A stretch of 64,000 nt of DNA from Salinivirgaceae bacterium (GTDB lineage Bacteria > Bacteroidota > Bacteroidia > Bacteroidales > SZUA-534). A program made the translations under genes and the position numbers. This document shows positions 9,142-20,000 of the stretch, one piece after another. The notes under the pieces were generated by a model, which was given only the letters and a program-made list of their open reading frames with translations, had not been told where the DNA came from and did not search any database. How positions within the stretch are numbered: the stretch's first letter is position 1; each line of letters begins with the position of its first letter. The DNA lies in contig JAFXQB010000006.1 of the NCBI GenBank assembly GCA_017527435.1, positions 106,982 through 170,981 of the forward strand. Reading direction: 5' to 3'.

Positions 9142-9672
9142 TTACGCTTTACGCGAATCAACCAGCTGCATTTCAATCACATCGGTATATCCGTCGGCCG
9201 ATTTCAGCCACTCTTTGCGCAGGCCGCATTGTGCGAATCCGGCTTTTTCGAAAACCCGAAGGCTTGCGGTGTTGTCGGCAGCGACAGAGCAGTATAACTG
9301 ATGAAGGTGCAGAAAATCAAAGCAATATCCGATTAAAAGCTGAAGGCTTTGAGTGGCAAACCCCTGACGTTGGTTCTCGTCACCCAGAATGGCAATCCCC
9401 ACTGCCGCCCGCAAATGAAAGGGGTCGAAATCGAACAGGTCGATGGCGCCGATGGTTGAGTTTGAGTCTTTTCGGTCAATCATCAGCCGCAGCTGTTTGG
9501 TGGTGTAGATGTCGTTCTGCGCATCGGCGATGTACTGCTTGATGGCAAACCGCGAGTATGGCACTGTGGTGCAGCCGTAGCGCCACAGTTGCGTGTCATT
9601 CTCGCATCGGAACAGAAAGTCGATGTCTTCAGGCTCAACGGCTCTCAACACTATGCTGTCGTTTTCGAGCAT
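9142..9672 (-). CDS. GNAT family N-acetyltransferase (RimJ/RimL-like)
   Basis: The 176-aa protein contains ...AVGIAILGDENQRQGFATQSL...NTASLRVFEKAGF..., a typical GNAT acetyl-CoA binding core. Confidence 0.8.
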   Translation of the reverse strand: MLENDSIVLRAVEPEDIDFLFRCENDTQLWRYGCTTVPYSRFAIKQYIADAQNDIYTTKQLRLMIDRKDSNSTIGAIDLFDFDPFHLRAAVGIAILGDENQRQGFATQSLQLLIGYCFDFLHLHQLYCSVAADNTASLRVFEKAGFAQCGLRKEWLKSADGYTDVIEMQLVDSRKA

Positions 9673-9681
9673 CGGTTGCTG

Positions 9682-12309
9682 CTATTGGAACTTTTCGACG
9701 TTGGTCACAAAGGCATCTGTGAAACCTTTTGTCAGCACATCGTCGAGTGCCTGTTTGGCCGATGTCTTGCCGATGAACTCGCCCCAGATGTAGCGGTACA
9801 GGCCGTCGCTGCCAAGGTGCTCTTCAACATCGTACAACCCACGGAAGCGCGATTTGGCGACAGGCTGTTTGGTTGCCATCAGCTGAATGGTATAGGTATT
9901 GTCGTCTTTGTCGGCCATCTTCGATTTGTAGAAGCTGCTGCCCTTCTGTATCAGCTGGTTGTACTCAAGGCTGCTGATTATGCGTGCGTCGGGGAAGCCG
10001 GCGTCAACAATCTCGCCCATCATCTGCACGGCTTGAGCCTGATGTGTGAACAGACCAACGGTGTACATATACTGACCGTCGGCTTCGAAAACCCAGACGT
10101 TGTTGATGGTCTTGAATTTCGCTGGTGCCAGCGGCTTGGCCGACTCTGTTATCCAGATGGTGTAGGTGAGCAGTTTGCGGTATTTGAGCTCGTCGGGAAC
10201 GTAGATTCCTTCAACGGTGATATTGGCGTTGGTGGGGTTGAGCACGTTCATATCAACACGGCGGTTGAGAGCACGGCCTTCAGGATTGTCGCTGCCGTCG
10301 GCGTTCTGGTTGATGGCAATGAAGTTGGTTTTGCCCAAGCCTTTAGCCACAAGGCGGCTTTCTGATATTCCTTTCTTTGCCAGATAGTTGACTACTTCGC
10401 GTGCGCGCATTATCGACAGGCGCTGGTTGTATTCGTCGGTGCCAAGGTCGTCGGTATTGCCAGTCACTTCGAGTTTAAGGTCGGGATTGGCTTGCATAAG
10501 AGTTGCAATGCGCTCGACTTCAATCTGCGCGTCGCGGTTCAGTCGGGCGCTGTTGTCATCGAACAAGATGCTCTTGATAGAGTAGTACTCGCCTGTGCTG
10601 ACAGCAATTGGCACCATTGTAATAGCGGCTTGCACTTCGGGGTTGAGTTCGTATTCCGAGATGTAGATGTAGGCATCAGCCGGTTCGTAGCCATCGCCGT
10701 AGGCTGTGATTTTGTAGCTGCCCGGCTTGATGACAGTGGCAAACTGTCCGGTGGCTGCATTGGGGCTCAGGGCCGCAATAACCTGTCCGTTGGCGTCAGC
10801 CACATGAAGGTAGAACGAACTGTTGATTTCCTTGTTGTCCTGCAGAGCCAGTTTACCCGTCAGATGATACTCGCTCGGGTAGGTTGGCGTGTAGGTTTCA
10901 ACAACAGGCTCCGGTTCGGGGGTGTAGGTCTCGGTTGGGGTTGCGGTTTCAGGTTCGGGCTCGGCCGGGGTGTAAGTTTCGGCAATGACAGGCGCCGGTG
11001 TGTACGACTGCTGCACAGGCGGTGAGATGCGGCGCATCTCTTTCGTTCCGCCATCATCGGGAACGCGGTCCATATAACCTACTGTTCCGTCGCCTATAGG
11101 GTTGTAGAACACATCGTCGAACGGTGTGCTGATGGGGTAGCCAAGGTTCTGCGGATCAGACCAGTTGCCGTTGTTGTCGACCACACTCTTGAAGATGTCG
11201 AATCCGCCCATAGTCGCGTGGGCTTCCGATGCGAAGTAGAGTGTGACATCATCGTCGGCCAGGAAGGCCGCTTCTTCGTCGAACGGCGAGTTGATGATGT
11301 ACGACAGTGCTACCGGTGTGCCCCAGTTGCCGTTTTTATCGATGAGCGAGCGGTATATGTCCTTGCCGCCCTGTCCGCCCGGACGGTCGCTGACAAAGAA
11401 CAGCGTGCGGCCGTCTTTCGACAGGCTTCCGTGAGTTTCGTTGTACTTTGAGTCGATATTTTTCGGGAATTTTTTGATTTCCGACCATTTTCCGTTCTCA
11501 ATCTGTGAGTAGTAAAGGTTTCCGTTGCCGAAGTCGTCACGGTAGAGAATCATCATGTCGCCATGATATGAGAGCGAAGCGGTAGAGAAGTTGCCGTCTG
11601 ATGCGATGTCATAAGTGATGTCGAGCGGCTTCGACCAGGTGTCGTCATCGCCTTTGGTTGAGTAAAAAATCAGCTCAAAGTAGTCGTCAACGCCGGTGTA
11701 GGGGTCGCGCACCTTTTGGTACGATGTGAACACAACCGATTTCTCGTCGCCTGATACGGCTGGGAAATAGCATTCAGCGTCGATGGCGAAATCTGGTTTT
11801 GCAATATCGATGGTGATAGGCGATTTCATCATCTTCTCGGCGTTGTTACACGATTCAATCTGAAGTGCGATGAAATCCTGATAGTAAAGGTCCGAAGCGT
11901 TGAGTCGCGCGCGGAACTCGCGGTAGGCGTCAATGGCTTTGGTGTATTGTCCTGTCAGTCGGTAGGCCTTGCCAAGGTAGAACCAGGCTTCTTCAGGCGC
12001 CGCCTGCTCTTTATAGTTGCCTTCTTTGTAGGTGGCGCTTGTGTTTGTCACGGCTTTTTGCAGATACGGAATGGCATTTTCAATCTGATTGCCAAGGTTC
12101 ATATAGCACATGCCCATGCTGAAGGCCACGTTTGAGTTGAGTTGGTTGTGACTTTCAATGAGTGCGTATTTTTTCAGAGCTTCGTTGTACTCTTCATACA
12201 GCATATGCTCTTGTGCGGCTTGAAACCAGTTTTTGAAATTCTTGTCTTGCGATTGAACTGCCGAAAACATCAGGCAAAGCAAAAGCGCTGGAAAAAGTTT
12301 TTTCTTCAT
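9682..12309 (-). CDS. multidomain OmpA family protein (TPR, PD40/TolB-like beta-propeller repeats, Pro/Thr/Glu linker, OmpA-like domain, two SPOR-like domains)
   Basis: The protein has a signal peptide, TPR-like helices, PD40 repeats (DGRTLFFVSDRPGGQGGKDIYRS, TLYFASEAHATMGGFDIFKS), an OmpA core (NTDDLGTDEYNQRLSIMRAREV...NRRVDM) and a C-terminal YTIQLMATK...FTDAFV SPOR-like fold. Confidence 0.8.
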   Translation of the reverse strand: MKKKLFPALLLCLMFSAVQSQDKNFKNWFQAAQEHMLYEEYNEALKKYALIESHNQLNSNVAFSMGMCYMNLGNQIENAIPYLQKAVTNTSATYKEGNYKEQAAPEEAWFYLGKAYRLTGQYTKAIDAYREFRARLNASDLYYQDFIALQIESCNNAEKMMKSPITIDIAKPDFAIDAECYFPAVSGDEKSVVFTSYQKVRDPYTGVDDYFELIFYSTKGDDDTWSKPLDITYDIASDGNFSTASLSYHGDMMILYRDDFGNGNLYYSQIENGKWSEIKKFPKNIDSKYNETHGSLSKDGRTLFFVSDRPGGQGGKDIYRSLIDKNGNWGTPVALSYIINSPFDEEAAFLADDDVTLYFASEAHATMGGFDIFKSVVDNNGNWSDPQNLGYPISTPFDDVFYNPIGDGTVGYMDRVPDDGGTKEMRRISPPVQQSYTPAPVIAETYTPAEPEPETATPTETYTPEPEPVVETYTPTYPSEYHLTGKLALQDNKEINSSFYLHVADANGQVIAALSPNAATGQFATVIKPGSYKITAYGDGYEPADAYIYISEYELNPEVQAAITMVPIAVSTGEYYSIKSILFDDNSARLNRDAQIEVERIATLMQANPDLKLEVTGNTDDLGTDEYNQRLSIMRAREVVNYLAKKGISESRLVAKGLGKTNFIAINQNADGSDNPEGRALNRRVDMNVLNPTNANITVEGIYVPDELKYRKLLTYTIWITESAKPLAPAKFKTINNVWVFEADGQYMYTVGLFTHQAQAVQMMGEIVDAGFPDARIISSLEYNQLIQKGSSFYKSKMADKDDNTYTIQLMATKQPVAKSRFRGLYDVEEHLGSDGLYRYIWGEFIGKTSAKQALDDVLTKGFTDAFVTNVEKFQ
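10880..11012 (-). repeat. coding repeat: four copies of [EQ]-[TS]-Y-T-P in a Pro/Glu/Thr-rich linker
   Basis: The peptide reads QSYTPAPVIAETYTPAEPEPETATPTETYTPEPEPVVETYTPTYP. The DNA shows recurring GGTGTA(G/A)GT(T/C)TC units. Confidence 0.8.
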
Positions 12310-12435
12310 ATAATGTCAAGTTTGTGGCGAAAAACCATAATTATCAAAGCGAAAGTACAAAATAATTTCACCTTGATATACCCTTGACAAACTAACAATT
12401 AACATAGGGCGGTTAACAAGCGCCAGGAAAATATG

Positions 12436-13923
12436 TCAAGCGTTACCGACTTTTTTGGCCAAATATTCCTGACCTAAAAATTCGGCACAAGTGATTATGG
12501 CTGTGAGTGTTACACCCAATGCACCGTGAACGTTCAGGTTCTGGCCGGTGAGATATAGGTTGCCCAGTTTGGTGCGTGTCGAGACAAAACCCACCTGCGG
12601 GCACTTGTAATCCTTGATGATTCCGTAGGCTGAGCCTTCGGGTGTAGCGGTATAGTCGCGGTAGCTGAGCGGCGTTGTGGTGTAGATGCTCTCAACGTGC
12701 GGTTCAAGGTCGATGCCGTGCTGGCGGATGAAATCGAAAATCTGCCGCGTCTTGGCTTCCTTGAACAGGCGGTAGCGCTCGCCGCGGTGCTCGGGCTTGC
12801 TGTCGGCCCATTCGGCCACTTCTTCGAAATACATCGGCGTCAGGATGGTAACCACTTCGGCCCACTCGCTGTCGACGGTGTGCGCCTGCATCGAAATCAT
12901 ACAGTTGGTGGTGTGGCCGGGATAGTTCTGGCGGTCGTACCAAACGCTGTTGTAGCCGTGCAGATAAACATTGAAGTTGTTGTATTTCAGACTTTTCGGC
13001 TTCATAATCAGGTAAACCGAGAAGATGCCGTAGGTGTTTGGCAGCGAATTGATGCGTGTGATGTAGGCGTTTTTGATGAGCCGGCACTTGTCAGTCAGCT
13101 CAAGTGTGCGCTGCGGGTGCACGTTCGAGATGATGTTGCGCGCTGCTATAAACTCTTTGCCGTTCACCATCACGCCTTTGGCGCCTGTGTCGTCGGTTAC
13201 AATGCGCGTTACTTCGGCGTTGTTGAGCACGGTGCCGCCGTTGGCGCGAATCACTTTTATCAGCTCGTCGCTCACCTGTATGGTGCCGTCAACAAAACGG
13301 TAGGCGCTCTCGATGTACGAGTTGTTAATCATTGCGTGGCCGTAGAAGGTCGACATATCGCGGATGCCGCCGTAGAGCAGCGCCGAGCCGGCCACAATGT
13401 CCTGCAGGTCGGGGTTGCCGACGGTCTCGCTGATGAGCCGCGCCGCCGACGTGCAGAAATAGCGCATTCCTTCGGTGGCAATCACGCCCTGGCGCAAGGT
13501 TTCGATGCTGATAAGGTTGCCCACTTCCTTGAGTTTCTCGACGTATCGCTGCAGATTCTGACGCTCGGCGGGGAACTGTTGCGCAAGCGTGTCGATAAAC
13601 CGCTCGTGGCCCATTGCAAAGTTGTACACCTTGCCGTGGTAGTGAATCTGGTCGAAGGCGTTCTCGTCGAGTTTGCGCAGCTTGAGCTTGTCCATTATGC
13701 CCAGATACTTGAAATACTGATTCATAATCTGACCATCGTCGAGACTGCCCACATAGTGGATGCCGGTGTCGAGCCGGTGACTGCCGCGCTGATAGGTCTG
13801 GAAGCAGCCGCCGAAGTTGTTGTTCTTCTCGAGCACGCACACGTTGTAGCCTTCCTTGCTCAGAATGGCGCCGCACTCAAGTCCGCCCAGTCCGCTGCCG
13901 ATGATTATGATGTCGTATTCCAT
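12436..13923 (-). CDS. NAD(P)/FAD-dependent oxidoreductase, phytoene desaturase (CrtI)-like family
   Basis: The N-terminal dinucleotide fold is YDIIIIGSGLGGLECGAILSKEGYNVCVLEKNNNFGG. Length is 495 aa. Confidence 0.8.
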   Translation of the reverse strand: MEYDIIIIGSGLGGLECGAILSKEGYNVCVLEKNNNFGGCFQTYQRGSHRLDTGIHYVGSLDDGQIMNQYFKYLGIMDKLKLRKLDENAFDQIHYHGKVYNFAMGHERFIDTLAQQFPAERQNLQRYVEKLKEVGNLISIETLRQGVIATEGMRYFCTSAARLISETVGNPDLQDIVAGSALLYGGIRDMSTFYGHAMINNSYIESAYRFVDGTIQVSDELIKVIRANGGTVLNNAEVTRIVTDDTGAKGVMVNGKEFIAARNIISNVHPQRTLELTDKCRLIKNAYITRINSLPNTYGIFSVYLIMKPKSLKYNNFNVYLHGYNSVWYDRQNYPGHTTNCMISMQAHTVDSEWAEVVTILTPMYFEEVAEWADSKPEHRGERYRLFKEAKTRQIFDFIRQHGIDLEPHVESIYTTTPLSYRDYTATPEGSAYGIIKDYKCPQVGFVSTRTKLGNLYLTGQNLNVHGALGVTLTAIITCAEFLGQEYLAKKVGNA

Positions 13924-14005
13924 TTGTCAGAATTTCGCGGCCAAAGATAGGCAGACATTTAAGATTTCCTTGTTTATCAATAATAAGTTTGAAAAAAAAT
14001 AGTAC

Positions 14006-14031
14006 AAAAAGAGCCGAGCAACTTGCCCGGC
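14006..14031 (-). terminator. rho-independent terminator of the giant gene
   Basis: The minus strand reads GCCGGGC-AAGTT-GCTCGGC (7 bp including one G-U), with the U-run following after two more nt (CUUUUU). It begins 9 nt after the stop codon. Confidence 0.5.
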
Positions 14032-14039
14032 CTTTTCTG

Positions 14040-17000
14040 TTATAGTTTCACAACCCGTTCGTGAACAACATTGTCGCCTGTCTGATATTGCAGAATGTAG
14101 ATTCCATTTGGCAGGTCGGAAATATCAATTAATTCATCAGATAAATGAATTTCAACAATCCGTATTGGCTTTCCGTTTTGTGAGAGCAGTTTGGCAACAC
14201 CTTCGGATGCACCTTTTACAAGAACGTTAAACAGTCCGCGTGTCGGGTTTGGCACAATGGTCAAACGAATATCGCGGTCGGCGGCGTAAACCACACAGAC
14301 AAGACGGTCGGCATAAGACCGCGTGCCGTCATAGTCGACTTGCGACAGCCGGTAGTAGGCACGGCCGCTTTCAGGTGCGTTGTCGGCAAAGTTGTAGGCA
14401 AGTTTCTCAGCCGAGTTGCCCGCACCCTGAACAAAGCCTATAGTCGCAAAGTTGATGCCGTCAGTTGAGCGTTCTATCTCGAAGAAATCGTTGTCTTTCT
14501 CTGAAAGAGTTGTCCATTCGAGCACAACCGTGTTGTCGCTCTGGAGGCCTGTAAAGTCTACTATCTCAACAGGAAGCGGGTTTTCGGTCACTTCGGTTGA
14601 GCCGAAGGTGAACGGGCTGAACGAGCTGACAGGGGCGTTTGTCCGTATTTGGCCAGTTTTTGGGGAGCCCGTTGCGGTTGCAGGCAGCATTTCCCATCTG
14701 CTTCCGTTCCAGTGCGCGATGGTCAGGAATTCGAGTTTGGTTATCTCGCTGATGTCGCCATCGTCCCAATATAGTGTTACATAAGCACTTGCGCCATTGC
14801 TGCCGCTTATTTGCCAATTATCCATTTTGCTCACGCGCACCATTTCGGCGTCCATAGGGTCGGGTGCGGTGGGTTCGGCATAGGGATCCTTTGGCACATA
14901 GGTGTATCCAGCTGTAAACCTGGTTGATGAATTGGCAATTTCAGGATCAATGCGCACCATTGCGCGGCGGCCGTTATTACCTATCGGGAAAGTCACACTT
15001 GTTGTGCCAATTTTCGTAATTGTACCATCGACGTATGCATACTTGTTATCACTAGACGCTGTTGCCGAAGCACCAAGTGTGAGCGTGTTGCCGTTCATAT
15101 TGAGCACACCGCCATTGATTGCAAGCACACCATTGACGGTCAGGTTGGATGCAGCCGTAGTTTTTTTGTCTTGCGGCTTATTGATGGTCAGATTGGCCAG
15201 ATTGTAGGTTCCGGCAGCCAGCACGGCATCGTTAGTGCCAGCCATCTCAAGAGTTGAACCTGCGCCACCAGTCAGTGTGCCCGCATTTTCCACATTGCCG
15301 TTTACTGTGACGTAGCCGTCGCTGCTGATGGTGAGCGTGTTGCCCGATTCGTTACTGATAGTGTTGAAGGCTGTGCTACCGTTTATTACGGCGTTGTTCT
15401 TGAAAGCAACGGTCGATTGTCCGGCTGTGAAACCGGCATTTCCAACACTATTCGCCCAATCGCCATAGACATCAAGCGTGTTGCTGCCTGAGATGGTGAG
15501 CTCGCCCGACTCAATCTTCACCGATTTGGCCTCGGCATTACCAGAGATAATCGGCAGACGGCTTGCCGTGCGAATGATGGCATCGTGCTCGCTTGTCGGG
15601 ATGGCGCGGCTGTACCAGTTGCCAGTGTTTTCCCATTCTGACGAAACTTTGCCCGACCATACGTAGCCGTCGGCCATAAGTTCGCTGAATGGAATGTCGG
15701 TCGAGCAATTGGCGTTCGAGATGGTGATTGTGCCCGCAATGTCGCCGGTTGCTGTAACTTTTATTCCTTCCGAAACAAAACCTTCATTGTTGGTGCCATC
15801 GGTAAAGTCGATGTTATATGTGGTAAGCGGGGCACCCACAACGTCATTGAGAGTGACTTCCGATTCCACACCATAGTAAAATGTCGGCCAAGTGAGCGTT
15901 GCACCAGGTGTCTGATTCACCGTCAATGTCTCATAACCAGACTTTGGTATGCGTACAACGCAACCAGGATTCGATGCTTCGACATAAAGTTGCACAGTGC
16001 CTGCGACTGCTATTGCCGGTACTGTGAAGTTCTGGCTCAAACCGTTGCCCGAAAGTGTGTTAATGGCATTGTCGGCATCGGATCTGTAAAGCCTATATGT
16101 AACATTGCTTTCTGTACTACTGATAGTTACCGTTGACGTATTTCCCGTGCAAACAGAAGAAATATCTTCGATTGTTGCCGCCGATGGTTCGGCATAGATG
16201 GTAATGGTTTCGGGGTGCGAACCGACAGCCGAACCATTTATCTCTTCAACCACAATTTCGTGGTCGCCAGAATAGCCTGTCCAGTTCATTGTAAACGAGC
16301 TGCTTGTGCTTTTCAGTACGCCATCTATATACCACTTATACGTATGGCCAGCGTTGTTGGCTGTCGCATAGGTTATTTCATCGCCTGCGCAAATGTTCAG
16401 TTCAGCTGTAAACGTTGGTTGCGGCGTGTTGTCGACTGTTATAACAAGTGTGTTACGCATTTCGCAAGTTGTTGATGCCACCTCAGTTACAACAAGTGTA
16501 TAGGTGCCTGCCGTTGAATAGGTTGCCGACGCCGAATTGCCAGAAACGCTCAACTCCGGACCGCCACCATCCCAAGCCCAGCTATAGGTGCTTCCTTCGT
16601 GATTTACAACTTCGTATGTACGCAACTCTCCAGTTCCGGCTACGCCCACGCCGCCGCCATCGGTAAAGGTTGGCGTGTAGGCCGTCAGTACTTCGATGCT
16701 ACCAGTGATGGGCGATATTGCTCCAGTTTCCGATGCATCGCTAATCGAAACCAAACTAACGGTGTGCAACCCTACCATGCTGTTCAATTGCGAGCTATTG
16801 CGCGTAATGTTGTAAGTTGATTCCGTAATACCCGCTTGCGTATGACTGACTCCATCTACCGCATACGTCAATGTAAAAGGCGCTGTGCCACTGAGCGACA
16901 CGCTGATTTTGGCCGCTTGCTCACCATCGTTGCAGATTTGTTGAGTTTCGAGTGTTGTTATTGCGGCAATCACACCGGCGTAGCCCAATGTGAAGATGTA

Positions 17001-20000
17001 ATTATCTTGTGTTACGGCGGCCGTGGTGGTGATGTTGCCTGCCGTGGCCGTTCCGCTAAGGGTCGATGCGCGCACAGACCACACGCCCGTACCATCGTAC
17101 TCAACAAGTTTCAAGCGCTGTTGAATTTGCGGGTAGGTGGTGAACATTGGGCACGACTGGTCGTCCCAACGTAACCCAACTTTTGCCGAGCTGCTGCTAT
17201 TGGGGCGCGTCACAATCCAATATTCGTTATCGCTGATGCCGCCCAGTTCCATCACATCGTAAGTGGCCGAGGGGTTGACTTCCTCGGGGTCGGCATTGCG
17301 ATACTCGACAGTCCAGTCAGCATTTGTTGAGCCGCTGTTGGTGATGTTGCTCAAGACAACCTTTCCGTAGCGCTCGCCACTGCCAACTACAAACGTGAAG
17401 TTGCCGCTGGTGCTCATCCGCTTGCGCAGCGGACCATCGACAAACGAGCTCTCGCCGCCGCCCGATATGGCGTTCTCACTTGTGTTAGTCAGGGCAATAA
17501 GCGCATCGGACGATGTGATGAAATTGCCATTGGTAAGCGTCATTATGTTGCTAACAATAACGTTGTTAGTAGCTGTTCCACCATTGGTAACATCAACACC
17601 TGCGCTGTTGTCGATTTTCAAATTATAGAAGTCGGCATCGGTTAGAATATTAATATTCTGGCGATCGGTTCCATTAAAAATCACACGGCTTGTACCTTTG
17701 GTGTAGCCGGTGGTGGTGGTGTTTTGGTCGATAAAGTTGCCACCAATGTAAAAGTCTCGGTTAGTGTTGGTTAGATGACTTCCGTTTTCAATCTGCACAT
17801 AGCCTTTCACCGAGAACACATTTGCGGTGATAGTTTTCGCACCGTTACCGCTGAAAATCACATTCTGAAGCGGCTTTTCGTAGTTACCGGGCTTGGCTGG
17901 CAGCACTGCGTTATGGTCACCGTGGAAGTTGATGGTGCTGGTTGGGTTGGCGAAAAACTCGTCGTACTTGCCGGCCGGAATCATAAACGAGTAAACACCG
18001 CCTCCGCTGATTTCCTCGAGTCTCATTGTACCGCCGCCGCGCACAATACCCAGATTGTGTCCGAGTGTTGAACCAATATTAAGCGTCGCACCTTCTTCAA
18101 TATCAACACTATAGGCGCATTGCGGCAGATTGCCGTTGATGGTTATTGTGTGGCCGCTCCGAATCACAATCGGGTTTCCGTTTGGCGCGGTTTCTGCAGT
18201 TGTCAGATTACCGCCTTCATCGTAATACTGCCACGTCTCGGGCGTAGTCCAGTCGCCTGTTTCGACGCGGCTGTAGTAGGTTGACAGTTGGGAATACGAT
18301 GGGAATCCAGCCGTGAACTCACCATCCAACATATCTATTCCGTTGATTGAGATTTTGTTGGCATCGCTGTCTATCGCCCCGTCTGTCTGAAAATGTTTCC
18401 ACTTGCCATCGACAAAGCATTGAGCCATCATATCGTCTTCGGTTCCGTTAGGGTCGATGGTCAGCAACTCGTCGGTGTAATAGTATTCGTGCGTAACCGT
18501 GTAACCCGATAGCCCGCTGGTGTTCACCATCCAATAGTAGCTCAAATAGGTTTTCGGCATATTTGCAATAGCTGCGTGCCGGCTGTTCATTGGCTTGACA
18601 TTGATGTAGCCGTTGGAACTTGTAACCGCCGAGCTAAAGTTATATGCGGCAGGCGTGTATTGGTTTGGAACGCCTATGCGGAACAGGAATTCACCACTGA
18701 AGCCGTCAGCAAAATACTTGCGCACACCGGCATCGCCAATAGAGCCGTTCACTATTATCATACCCGTGCTGGCATTGTCGAAAATTGAATTCTGCATCAG
18801 ACTGACTTGAAAATCGTTGGCATAAATGTCGTTGTTGAGAGTGACACGGCCTGTTATGACAATTGGGTTTTTCAACTCTACGCGTTCTTTTATAACAATA
18901 TTGCCATAAGTACCTGACCGTCCCGACGACGATGCCATCTCCTGCTCGCCGTTGCCATTAAACGTCAGGCTGCCGCCTCCAACGCTGCTTATGTGGCGCG
19001 AGTCGTTTACCACATTACCTTTAACTGTAATGGTATTGCCGCCATCGTCGAGTGCACCACGGCTGATAGTGAGCAAGTTATTGACGGTGGCTTTGCCTAC
19101 CGAGAGCTGGGTTGTTGTGGGGTTACTGATGGTCAGGTTCGAAAAGCTGATGTTTGTTGTGCCATTGTTGCCACTGATGGTTTGCATTGTTGTGCCATCA
19201 AAGGTTGTTATTTGGCCGGTGCCATCTGCTACAAAACCGCCCGAATAGTAGCTGAACAAGTTACCTGCAATGTTGACATTGTAGCCGTTGGCGTTGAAAG
19301 TAGAATTTTTATCGACATACAACGAGCCATTTATATCCACATGATTTGTAATCAGTTTCAGAATTTGGGTCACATTTTCAGTTCCAACCAGAATACCGCC
19401 CAACTGCGCCGATGCGTTCAGGTGGAAAGTCTGACTGGCTGACGTGTTTGTGCCAATCACCAATGTTCCGCCCGTAGCCGACGATGTGGCCGGTGTAAGC
19501 AGAATATCGGCGTAGTCGGCATTGTTGTGCGAACCTCCGGCAATGGTGAGCGTTCCGCCAGTCATATTGAATGAGCCATTGTTGCAAACCTCAATCAGTC
19601 CGCGCCGCTTGGTCTCTATTTCGTTGACGCGGTCGATTCCCCAAATAATCACCGTACCACCCGATTGCGAGTAGTGCAGGTCGCCTATTATTGCGTTGTA
19701 TGAGCGCCTAATCTGACCGCCAACTGTCAGTGTTCCCCCTTGAACATCGATATACGACTGCGACAGCGAACACTCAATATCGTTGCCACCACCGTTGCCA
19801 ATGTTCAGATCTCCTCCCAGGACTTCAATTTTTCCGTGCAGCAAGACATTGCGATCGTGGTTATTGGTGTTGCAAACGTTGAATGTGCCGGCTTTGACTG
19901 ACAGACAAGCTGTTGAAGCTATATCAAGATCCGAGTCCCGGGTTATATCGATATTCACACCTTCGCCATCGGCGCGAAAAGTACCGTTAAGCAAGTTAAG

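Noticed and set aside
12697-13950. A 417-aa plus-strand ORF covers almost the whole CrtI-like oxidoreductase gene.
   Set aside because: Its translation is low-complexity (Val/Ala/His/Gly-rich) with no motifs. It lies antisense to a gene with a clear dinucleotide-binding fold. This is a typical stop-free antisense frame of a GC3-rich gene.
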